Source: an uncultured delta proteobacterium (lineage in GTDB: Bacteria; Myxococcota_A; Polyangia; Polyangiales; JAFGIB01). From it: 64,000 nt of DNA. Location of the stretch: NCBI GenBank assembly GCA_963778655.1, contig CAVZVA010000010.1, positions 141,134 to 205,133 on the forward strand, given 5' to 3'. The notes beneath the pieces were generated by a model, which was not told the origin of the DNA, ran no database searches, and worked only from the letters and a program-made list of their open reading frames with translations. Positions 28,821 through 36,489 of this stretch are shown here, one piece after another (the first letter of the stretch is position 1; each line of letters opens with the position of its first letter). A program made the position numbers and the translations under genes.

Positions 28821-29810
28821 CTACGAGCGCTGCCCGTCGCGAAAGCGCGCGTGCGCGCGCCAGCCGAGCACGCCGACGACGGTCAGCAAGCCGCCGGTCC
28901 CGATTGCGATCGCCGCCGCGTCGGCCAACTCCCACAGCCGCACCGCGCGACGCAGCGCGCTGTGCTCGGGGTGGCGGTGGCCCGACGAGCCAGCCGCCGC
29001 GGAGTGCGCGCGCGGATGGGTTTTCGATCGCACCCGCTTGGGCTGGACCGGACCGTGAACGGCGGACGGCTGCACGGCGGCAGCGGCGACGCTCGCGGGC
29101 TCCTCGGCCTGCGCCTCGCCGGCAGGTTCGGCGGTCTCTTCGTCCGTGGCCTGCGCTGCTTGCTCGGCACCAGGCTCGGGCGCAGCTCGCTCCTCCTGCG
29201 GGGGCTGCGCCGTAGGCGCGGGTGGCTGCTCGGCGTCGGCAGCAGCGGGCTGCGGCGCAGTCGCGGCTTCGGGCGCGCTCGCCACCGGCGCCGCTTGGAC
29301 CGGCACCGTCGCGGGCACGTTCCACAGATCGGCGCCACCGTGGAAGTACGCGCCGCCAGGTTGCCCCTGGGCAGGGATGCTGGTCGCTTCCGCGCCATTC
29401 GAGAAGAGCTCGGCGCCCGGTCGACCTGCCGCGGGCACGCTCGTGGCGTCGGCGCCACGCGAGAACAACGGATTGGGCGGCTGGCCGGGCGGCGCCACGC
29501 TGGTCACCTCGGCACCGCTGGAGAAGTAGGGATTGGACAGCGCGCCCGGCGACACGACGGTGGTCGACTGGGCGCCCTGCGAGAAATACAGGCTACCCGG
29601 CGGGACGGTGGTGGCTTCGGCGCCGTTGGAGAAGTACTGGCCGCCGGGCTGGCTCGGCCCCGGCACGCTGGTCGCTTCCGCGCCGTTCGACATGTACTGC
29701 TGGGCAGGGTCCGGGCTCGATTGCGCCCGGGCCGTCGCGGCTCCGATCAGGGAAAGACACGCAACCACCGCACAGTCGCGCGCCGCCATCCTGAAACCTG
29801 AGCTACCCAT
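28821..29810 (-). CDS. secreted repeat protein with C-terminal membrane anchor
   Basis: Start MGSSGFRMAARDCAVVACLSLIGAATARAQS. Seven [YL]F/MS-x-GA-[EDQ]-x-T-[ST]-V-[PAV] repeats, acidic Pro/Ala/Glu linker, TM AIAIGTGGLLTVVGVLGW. Confidence 0.6.
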   Translation of the reverse strand: MGSSGFRMAARDCAVVACLSLIGAATARAQSSPDPAQQYMSNGAEATSVPGPSQPGGQYFSNGAEATTVPPGSLYFSQGAQSTTVVSPGALSNPYFSSGAEVTSVAPPGQPPNPLFSRGADATSVPAAGRPGAELFSNGAEATSIPAQGQPGGAYFHGGADLWNVPATVPVQAAPVASAPEAATAPQPAAADAEQPPAPTAQPPQEERAAPEPGAEQAAQATDEETAEPAGEAQAEEPASVAAAAVQPSAVHGPVQPKRVRSKTHPRAHSAAAGSSGHRHPEHSALRRAVRLWELADAAAIAIGTGGLLTVVGVLGWRAHARFRDGQRS

Positions 29811-29925
29811 CGCGCCCTCCACGGACCGAGGCTCGCTGCAGCGTACCCTGGAAAAGCCACGGGCGCCGCGGCCCCAGCATGGGGGGTGAGCGGCGGGCGC
29901 GCGGCCGGGCATACTGGTCCAAGCC

Positions 29926-30966
29926 GTGAGGATCGCCTGCCACGCGATTGCGTTCGGTGCGCTCGCCGCGCTGCTGGGCTGCGCAGGCAAGGGCGCGGGC
30001 GCAGGCGGCTCGCCGGCCACCAGCGCGGCCGACGGCGGAAGCGGCACGGGCGGCGGAAGCGGTGCAGGCGACGGCAGCGCAGCCGTGGCCAGCGGCGGCA
30101 CGGGTGCGGCGCAAGGCGTGGCGGGCACCGGGGGCGCCAGCGGCGGCGCGGGATCGGCCGCCGGCGGCATGGGCGCGAGCCCCGGTACCGGGGGCGGCGC
30201 ACAGGCCGGGAGCCCGGGCGGCGCTGTGGACGGCGGCGGCGTGGCGGGCAGCGGGGGCACGGGCGGCGCCGCCGCCGGCACCGGGGGCTCGACGGCGGCC
30301 GCGCAGACCTGCGCGAACCCCTCCCACGTGCTGCCGCTCAATCCCCAGAATCCCCAGGACGGCATCACGCTCGGCGGCTTCTACGTCGACACCGACACCT
30401 GGAACGCGGCGGGCTACCAGGTGTCACAGACCATGTACATCTGCGACTACGACGACTGGTACGTGATCGCCAACATGGACGACAGCGCCCACGACGGCGC
30501 CGTGAAGACGTACCCGAACGTCCACCAGGATTTCAACGCCGCGCCGCTGATCAGCTCGTTCGGCACCATCTCGAGCAGCTTCGCGCACACCGGGCCGCAC
30601 GTCGGCATCTACGAATTTGCGTACGACATCTGGCTGAACGGGGTGGCCGGCAGCGGCTCCACCGAGGTGATGATCTGGACCGACAACTACAACCAGGTTC
30701 CCTCGGGCTCCGCGCTCGACAGCGTGACCTACGACGGACAGGGTTACGACGTGTACAAGCTGGGGAGCTACATCGCGTTCGTCGCGACCCAGAACCGGAG
30801 CTCGGGCACGCTCAACCTGCTGTCGTTCTTCGACTACGTGATCGCCAAGGGTTGGATTGCGTCGACCTCCACCCTCGGCGCGATCGACTACGGGGGCGAG
30901 CTGGTGTCGACCGACGGCATGGACGCGACGTTCGCGGTCACCGGCTTCTCGCTCGTAGCCAATTGA
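29926..30966 (+). CDS. glycoside hydrolase family 12 endoglucanase lipoprotein
   Basis: GTG start. LAALLGCAG lipobox, Gly-rich linker. GH12 motifs YPNVHQ, STEVMIWTD (nucleophile E-x-M-I-W), YGGELVS. Confidence 0.8.
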   Translation: MRIACHAIAFGALAALLGCAGKGAGAGGSPATSAADGGSGTGGGSGAGDGSAAVASGGTGAAQGVAGTGGASGGAGSAAGGMGASPGTGGGAQAGSPGGAVDGGGVAGSGGTGGAAAGTGGSTAAAQTCANPSHVLPLNPQNPQDGITLGGFYVDTDTWNAAGYQVSQTMYICDYDDWYVIANMDDSAHDGAVKTYPNVHQDFNAAPLISSFGTISSSFAHTGPHVGIYEFAYDIWLNGVAGSGSTEVMIWTDNYNQVPSGSALDSVTYDGQGYDVYKLGSYIAFVATQNRSSGTLNLLSFFDYVIAKGWIASTSTLGAIDYGGELVSTDGMDATFAVTGFSLVAN

Positions 30967-31133
30967 CGAGCGGGCGCGGCCGGCTGCCGGTACTGGGCTT
31001 GGCTCACCCAAGTCCTCGAATGGACGATGCTTTCAGCTAACGACCGGGCCCGGGCGGAGAATTTTCGCAGCGCCGGTCGATCCAGCCCGACCTCGTTCGT
31101 CGCCTGGTCGCAACCCCAACCCGGAGACAAGAC

Positions 31134-31517
31134 ATGAAATACCTCAGTTTCATCCGTGCCTCGGAGCAGCAGCGCGAGGCCCAGCCGCCCGCCGCCCTGA
31201 TGGAGGCGATGGGCGCGCTGATCGAGAAATTCACCAAGGAAGGCGCGCTCGTCGACACCGGCGGCCTGGCCCCGAGCCGGGACGGATTCCGGATCCGGCT
31301 GGCCAACGGCAAGCTCACCACGACGGACGGCCCGTTCATCGAGAGCAAGGAAGTCATCGGCGGATGGGCGATCCTGGAGGCGAGCTCCAAGGCCGACGTC
31401 CTGCGGCTCGCGACCGAGTTCATGGAGCTGCACCGCGTGCACTGGCCCGAGTTCGAGGGCGAGAGCGAGGTCAGGCCGATCGAGTTCCTGGCGAGCGACG
31501 CGCGCGGCGCGAAGTAG
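31134..31517 (+). CDS. YCII-related domain protein
   Basis: MKYLSFIRA..., TDGPFIESKEVIGGWAILEA (DGPF/YciI signature). 127 aa. Confidence 0.8.
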   Translation: MKYLSFIRASEQQREAQPPAALMEAMGALIEKFTKEGALVDTGGLAPSRDGFRIRLANGKLTTTDGPFIESKEVIGGWAILEASSKADVLRLATEFMELHRVHWPEFEGESEVRPIEFLASDARGAK

Positions 31518-31557
31518 CGAGCGCACCCGAGACCACCAAGGAAAAAGGAGCAAAGCC

Positions 31558-31992
31558 ATGCGAGTGATGGTGATCATCAAGGCGACCAAGAGCTCCGAAG
31601 CCGGAGCGATGCCCGACGAACGGCTGCTGGCCGCAATGGGCAAGTTCAACGAAGAGCTGGTCAAGGCGGGCGTCATGCTTGGCGGCGAGGGGCTGCAGCC
31701 CAGCGCCAGGGGCAAGCGCGTCGTGTTCGCCGGCAGCCACAAGACCGTGCTCGACGGTCCCTTCGCCGAGACCAAGGAGCTGATTGCCGGCTTTTGGCTA
31801 TGGCAGGTGAAGAGCCTGGACGAGGCGCTGGAGTGGGCGCGACGCTGCCCGGACCCGATGCCCGGCGAGGAAGCGACCCTCGAGATCCGGCCGGTCTTCG
31901 AGGCCGACGACTTCGGCGAGGAGTTCACACCGGAGCTGCGCGCCCGCGAGCAACGCCTGCGGGCGCAAATCGAAGAACGGCGAAAGTCGTGA
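31558..31992 (+). CDS. YCII-related domain protein
   Basis: MRVMVIIKATK..., LDGPFAETKELIAGFWLWQVKS. 144 aa. Confidence 0.8.
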   Translation: MRVMVIIKATKSSEAGAMPDERLLAAMGKFNEELVKAGVMLGGEGLQPSARGKRVVFAGSHKTVLDGPFAETKELIAGFWLWQVKSLDEALEWARRCPDPMPGEEATLEIRPVFEADDFGEEFTPELRAREQRLRAQIEERRKS

Positions 31993-32008
31993 AGGCAGCG
32001 CAGCGCTC

Positions 32009-33307
32009 GTGAGCGACAAAATGGCGGCAGGCGCCACGCACGCGGCCATCGATGCGGTCTGGCGGATCGAATCCGCCCGACTGATCGGTGGCCTCGTGCG
32101 CGTGGTCCGCGATGTGGGCCTGGCCGAGGACCTGGCGCAGGAGGCGCTCGTCACCGCGCTCGAGCGCTGGCCGCAGACGGGCATTCCGGACAACCCGGGA
32201 GCGTGGCTGATGGCGACCGCGAAGAACCGCGCCATCGATCAGCTTCGCCACCGCCAGCTGCTCGAGCGCAAGCGCTACTCCGTGCAGGACGCGGCCGCGG
32301 CCGGCCCGGCACGACCGCCCGACATCGAGACGGCGATCGACGAGAACGTCGGCGACGACCTGCTGCGACTCGTGCTCATCGCATGTCACCCGGTGCTGTC
32401 GACCGAGGCGCGCGTCGCGCTCACCTTGCGGCTGCTCGGCGGGCTCACGACCGAGGAGATCGCGCGCGCGTTCCTGGTCCCGGAGCCCACGATCGCCCAG
32501 CGCATCGTCCGGGCGAAGCGCACGCTGGCCGTGGCCCGCGTGCCCTTCGAGGTTCCGCGCGGCGCCGAGCTCTCCGCGCGCTTGCCTTCGGTGCTCGAGG
32601 TCGTCTACCTCGTCTTCAACGAGGGCTACGCCGCCACGCGCGGCGACGACTGGATGCGCACCGAGCTGTGCGATGACGCCCTGCGGCTCGGGCGAATTCT
32701 CGCCGGGCTCGTGCCCGATGCGGCGGAGGTCCACGGCCTGCTCGCCTTGATGGAGCTGCACGCCTCGCGCGCCCGCGCGCGGCTGAGTCCCGCGGGCGAG
32801 CCGATCCTGTTGCTCGACCAGGACCGCGCGCGCTGGGATCGCCTGCTCGTCCAGCGCGGGCTCGCGGCGCTCTCGCGGGCGGAAGCGCTGGCGCAGCCGC
32901 TCGGCCCCTATGCGTTGCAGGCGGCGATCGCGGCCTGCCATGCGCGCGCGCGCACGGCCGCCGAAACGGACTGGAAGAAGATCGTGGCCCTATACGACGC
33001 GCTCGCCGAGCTGACGGGGTCGCCGGTCGTCGAGCTCAACCGCGCGGTCGCGGTGTCGATGGCGTTCGGCCCGGCCGCCGGCCTGGAGCTGGTCGACGCG
33101 TTGCTGGAAGAGCCGGGATTGCGGTCGTACCACCTGTTGCCGAGCGTCCGCGGCGACCTGCTCGCGAAGCTGGGCCGCACCCGCGAAGCCCGCACGGAGC
33201 TCGAGCGCGCCGCGTCGCTCGCGCAGAACGCGCGGGAGCGGGCGTTGCTGCTGGCTCGCGCGCAGGCGTGCATCGAGCCGCCGAACGCCAAGCACGAGCC
33301 GTCCTGA
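32009..33307 (+). CDS. ECF-type RNA polymerase sigma factor with long C-terminal extension (COG4941-like)
   Basis: Sigma-2 region LAEDLAQEALVTALERWP...NPGAWLMATAKNRAID, sigma-4 LRLLGGLTTEEIARAFLVPEPTIAQRIVRAKR, ~230-aa helical C-terminal domain. The YCII neighbours are typical. Confidence 0.8.
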   Translation: MSDKMAAGATHAAIDAVWRIESARLIGGLVRVVRDVGLAEDLAQEALVTALERWPQTGIPDNPGAWLMATAKNRAIDQLRHRQLLERKRYSVQDAAAAGPARPPDIETAIDENVGDDLLRLVLIACHPVLSTEARVALTLRLLGGLTTEEIARAFLVPEPTIAQRIVRAKRTLAVARVPFEVPRGAELSARLPSVLEVVYLVFNEGYAATRGDDWMRTELCDDALRLGRILAGLVPDAAEVHGLLALMELHASRARARLSPAGEPILLLDQDRARWDRLLVQRGLAALSRAEALAQPLGPYALQAAIAACHARARTAAETDWKKIVALYDALAELTGSPVVELNRAVAVSMAFGPAAGLELVDALLEEPGLRSYHLLPSVRGDLLAKLGRTREARTELERAASLAQNARERALLLARAQACIEPPNAKHEPS

Positions 33308-33439
33308 CCGCCGGCGCGCGGCCGCGCTCCGCTACGCCCGCCAGACCACCGGAAAGCGGTCGTCGTCGGCGGGGTGCTGGCCGGGCGACACCGAGACTTC
33401 GGCGGGACGCACGGCGCTGTGGACGTTCGTGACCCACGA

Positions 33440-33470
33440 GGATTCGAACCCTCGACGTCAACCTTGGCAA
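33440..33470 (-). repeat. tRNA-Gly internal fragment (31 nt, T-loop to anticodon loop; att-like)
   Basis: GGATTCGAACCCTCGACGTCAACCTTGGCAA is identical to the tRNA. The acceptor part differs and no 5' half is present. Confidence 0.6.
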
Positions 33471-33686
33471 TCATGCGAAGGCCCGCGAAGCGACTGCTGA
33501 ATTCGAACCATTTCAACAACCTACACAAGCAGACGCCCACGCTCGTTCACCCGAATTCACGGGCAAGTGGTTGATGAAGTGGTTGATCGATTCGGGGTCT
33601 CCGCAGCGTCGCCGGTCCAGGCTTGATCAAGGGGTCTGGAGCCATCCCCGTGCCGACAGCCCGGCCATCGTGCTATTCAATTCGGG

Positions 33687-33908
33687 ATGACGAGCTACAC
33701 GGCGGTCTTCGAGCGCGAAGAAGACGGGGGCTACTCGGTTTGGGTGCCCGATCTGCCCGGCTGCGCGTCGCAGGGCGACACCTACGGCGAGGCGATGGCC
33801 AACATCCGCGAAGCGATCGAGTCCTACCTCGAAGCGCACAAGAAGCTCGGCCGTCCCATTCCAGCGCCGCGAACCGAAATCAAGGTCGTCGAGATCCCCG
33901 CGGCGTGA
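33687..33908 (+). CDS. hicB: HicB family antitoxin
   Basis: MTSYTAVFEREEDGGYSVWVPDLPGCASQGDTYGEAMANIREAIESYLE (UPF0150/HicB N-domain). 73 aa. Confidence 0.8.
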   Translation: MTSYTAVFEREEDGGYSVWVPDLPGCASQGDTYGEAMANIREAIESYLEAHKKLGRPIPAPRTEIKVVEIPAA

Positions 33909-34366
33909 CTCGACCGCCGCAGGTCACTGCCGAGCGCCTCTTGCGCGCGCTCGCGCGCGCCGGTTTCACCGAGGTGCATCGTAAGGGCAGCCACGCGACG
34001 TTGGTGCACGAAGCCGATCCGTCACGCGTCGCCGTCGTCCCTGTGCACAAAGGCAAAGACATCCGACCCGGGACGCTGCGCAGGATCCTGAAGGGTGCGC
34101 GCCTCTCGATCGATGAGCTCCGAGAGTTGCATGACCGAGGCGCCGCTGCCGCCGACGCTCTAACCCGGCTTGCGTCGCGGCCGCTTGTTGAGCTGCGCCA
34201 TGACCTCCCGAGCCGTGCTCGACGGCGCCTCGATCAAGTGCTCCCGGTAGCGACCCGCGCCCACTCAGGTGAGACGTCGGCGTGCTCCGACAGCACCTCG
34301 GTACTGCCCTTGGCGGCTTGCAGAAACGCTACGCGTCCGGTGAGAACGAGATCGTCGAGCTGGTAG
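33905..34366 (+). CDS. hicA: HicA family mRNA interferase toxin (unusually long ORF, C-terminal extension doubtful)
   Basis: GTG overlaps the hicB stop (GTGA). LLRALARAGFTEVHRKGSHATLVH...VVPVHKGKDIRPGTLRRILKGARLSIDEL. No stop until 34366; overlaps a convergent gene. Confidence 0.6.
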   Translation: MTRPPQVTAERLLRALARAGFTEVHRKGSHATLVHEADPSRVAVVPVHKGKDIRPGTLRRILKGARLSIDELRELHDRGAAAADALTRLASRPLVELRHDLPSRARRRLDQVLPVATRAHSGETSACSDSTSVLPLAACRNATRPVRTRSSSW

Positions 34367-34848
34367 GCGCGCGACAGGCTCAGTCCGCCGATGAACGTGT
34401 GCCACGCCTGCACGGCCGTCCGCTGGGACATGCGCTGCTGGCTGCCGTGGTGGTGCATCGAGATCCACAGCGGCCCGACCAGGCGCTCCCCCTTGGCCAG
34501 CCAGCCGTCGGCACGCGCCGCCATCAGGTAGCCCGCGGTCGCGTCCCGCGTCCGGTCGCTGAGCAGAAATCGCCTCTCGCGGTAGTTGTTGCCTTCGCAG
34601 GCCCGCTCGACCGCCTCCTGGACCACGTGGACGCGTCCGGCGGCGGGGCCCTTGACCACCTCCTCGGCATTGAGCCAAACGGCCGCCTTGGTGCGCAGGG
34701 CGCCGTCCCAGAGCAAGTAGACGAAGGCCCGCGTCCGCAACGCGACGAAGTCGCCGGTCGAGGCCCAACGTTCGAGCGCCGCGCCAATCCGGCTCTGATC
34801 GCGCGGCTCGATGACGACGCTCTTTCTGACCCGCGACGGCGTACCCAT
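34234..34848 (-). CDS. hypothetical protein (weak tyrosine-recombinase-like layout, catalytic residues not evident)
   Basis: 204-aa ORF with consistently high GC3. AFVYLLWDGALRTKAAVWLNAEEV ... PLWISMHHH ... QLDDLVLTG in place of an H-x-L-R-H box. Confidence 0.4.
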   Translation of the reverse strand: MGTPSRVRKSVVIEPRDQSRIGAALERWASTGDFVALRTRAFVYLLWDGALRTKAAVWLNAEEVVKGPAAGRVHVVQEAVERACEGNNYRERRFLLSDRTRDATAGYLMAARADGWLAKGERLVGPLWISMHHHGSQQRMSQRTAVQAWHTFIGGLSLSRAYQLDDLVLTGRVAFLQAAKGSTEVLSEHADVSPEWARVATGST

Positions 34849-34959
34849 CGGACGCCACTATGCCATATCATCCTGGCGTCGCATACCGAGAGCGCAGGTG
34901 CCAAGGACCTCGGGTCGGCGTGCCGCCCTTGCATCGGGCAACGAAGGCCGAGTCCGGAA

Positions 34960-35274
34960 TCAGGCAGCTTCGATCTCGACCTTGTATTTCAGCCCAGCCG
35001 CGTCCAGCTCGCCCTGAATGGCGAGCTTGACAAGCACGGGCTCGGGGTACCCGAGAACCCGAGCCCACTTGGCTGCGCGTTCGGGGCTCACGACCTTGCG
35101 GCCCTTCTCGACGTCGCACAGATGCGACTTCGAGACCCCAAGCTTTTTGGCACACTCATCTTGGGAGAGCTCATCGCTCTTGCGGATCGACTCTATGGCC
35201 CGACCCAGGGTGAGCGGGCCGCCGGCAATCTTCTCCAGCGTCTTGATCGCCTCGGACTTCTTGGCCTTGCGCAT
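34960..35274 (-). CDS. XRE-family HTH antitoxin (HigA-like)
   Basis: MRKAKKSEA...SDELSQDECAKKLGVSKSHLCDVEKGRKVVSPERAAKWARVLG. 104 aa. Lies 11 nt downstream of the toxin gene. Confidence 0.75.
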   Translation of the reverse strand: MRKAKKSEAIKTLEKIAGGPLTLGRAIESIRKSDELSQDECAKKLGVSKSHLCDVEKGRKVVSPERAAKWARVLGYPEPVLVKLAIQGELDAAGLKYKVEIEAA

Positions 35275-35285
35275 GGGCACCTCCA

Positions 35286-35564
35286 TCAATACTCGTGCTT
35301 GTTGACTTCCTCGACCGACACGAACTTCGCCGTGTCCTCCTTGATCTCGTAGATGGCGCGGTACGCCTTGCTCGAGCGGATGGACCGCTGACCGGCCCGG
35401 TCGCCTTTCAGAGGCTCGTCGTGGTAGCCGGGCACCTTGCGTACTTCCTCCAGGCCATCGTGCTCGACCGCCGCCACCCAGATCATCGAGTTGTCCACGA
35501 TGTGGCGAGGCAGCTTCCGAAGCTGCTTGGCCGCGAGCCTCGTGATCTCGACCCGCCGGACCAT
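35286..35564 (-). CDS. RelE/ParE-family toxin (HigB-like gene order, toxin first)
   Basis: 92 aa. ...LPRHIVDNSMIWVAAVEHDGLEEVRKVPGYHDEPLKGDRAGQRSIRSSKAYRAIYEI. Confidence 0.7.
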   Translation of the reverse strand: MVRRVEITRLAAKQLRKLPRHIVDNSMIWVAAVEHDGLEEVRKVPGYHDEPLKGDRAGQRSIRSSKAYRAIYEIKEDTAKFVSVEEVNKHEY

Positions 35565-35851
35565 CGGTTCCAGCGGTACACCCGTGAGGTGAACCTGTCA
35601 ACGTGTGCGGTTCGAGCGCACGTTCACGAGCACGCTCAAGTCGGCCGCGGGTACGATTGGAGGCAGTCGCGGATGGGCCGGACAAGGGCGCTGGGCGGGG
35701 GCCGGACGTGGACGTCCAGCGCCCGAATGGAGCGCGGTGCAGTTGCAGGCGAGTTGACATATTGTGTTGACTGCGAAGCGTGCGCCGCGAGGCGCGAGGA
35801 GGACCGATGAGCTGAAGACCTCATCACTGTCCGGGTCGGGCCGGGCATTAA

Positions 35852-36215
35852 GGGCGTCGTGAACCCCGCCTAGGTTGGAACGGCGGGCTGCAAAAGCCGA
35901 ACGACGTCAACTTTGTGCGCTCTCCGAGCGGCTCACCGCAAGGAGGGATTCTTTCTCCCCTACTCGCCAACATCGCGCTGAGCACCATCGACGAGCGGTA
36001 CGAACGCCATGCTTGGCCACGTGGGCTCGCCACCCGGCGCTCTCACGTGGGCCGACCGAGCAAAGCGCTCACCGAGCCCGACGACATTGCCCAGCGCGCG
36101 CTCGTCAATCGCGCCAACGACAGACGGCGCGGTTTTCCGATCTTGATGCCGATTCGGTACGCCGATGACTTCATCATCTTGGTCAGCGAACCCGCCGGCG
36201 CCCCCGCTGGCGGGC
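35852..36215 (+). pseudogene. group II intron-type reverse transcriptase fragment (motifs 4-5 only)
   Basis: Near-identical to 14124-14490: GSPQGGILSPLLANIAL ... IRYADDFIILVSEPAGAPAGGQ. Confidence 0.7.
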
Positions 36216-36329
36216 AATGCTCAGATGGCGCGATGGGGCGACCCGTCCTTTCATCATGGCAAGCATTCGGGTCCGGCCCTACCGGTTCGCTTGGCAGACG
36301 ACCCCCGACTTTGCGTCAACATCTGCGGA

Positions 36330-36429
36330 GAGCCCGGTGCGTAACGAATGGCGCACGCCGGGTTCGGTGAGGGGCACGCGCAAACCTGCTCGGGGTCGAC
36401 CCGAGTAAGGCGCCGCGTGCCCACTCTAC
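36330..36429 (+). ncRNA. group II intron domain V (36330-36365) and domain VI (36366-36429)
   Basis: DV: GAGCCCGGU pairs with GCCGGGUUC (AGC triad, G-U at position 3), upper helix GCGU/GCGC, AC bulge. DVI: GAGGGGCACGCG...CGCGUGCCC[A]CUC with the bulged A at 36423, 7 nt from the 3' end. Confidence 0.7.
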
Positions 36430-36489
36430 AGAGCCTACCTTCCCCCGGCGGCAGGATCGGAGCGACTCGTGCTGCTGTGCAGGTGAGGC

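Larger units (their letters stand above)
35723..36454 (+). mobile_element. group II intron relic, copy 2 (retains domains V and VI)
   Basis: Same 5' flank, GTGCG (35780) and RT fragment as copy 1, plus ~175 nt containing domain V. The 3' end ...CACUCUAC is at 36429, followed by a shared 25-nt flank. Confidence 0.7.

Noticed and set aside
279-30368. Many long ORFs in the track look like candidate genes: 279-1343, 14733-16484, 15157-16158, 18936-20477, 26248-27627, 26312-27721, 27713-29215, 29886-31040 and the N-terminal half of 28821-30368.
   Set aside because: These are Arg/Pro/Ala-rich, motif-free translations that overlap motif-bearing genes in another frame or strand. They are typical shadow ORFs of very GC-rich DNA.
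33440-33470. A tRNA-like sequence could be a second tRNA gene.
   Set aside because: Only 31 nt match tRNA-Gly. The T-stem and acceptor 3' strand do not pair properly, and no 5' half is present.
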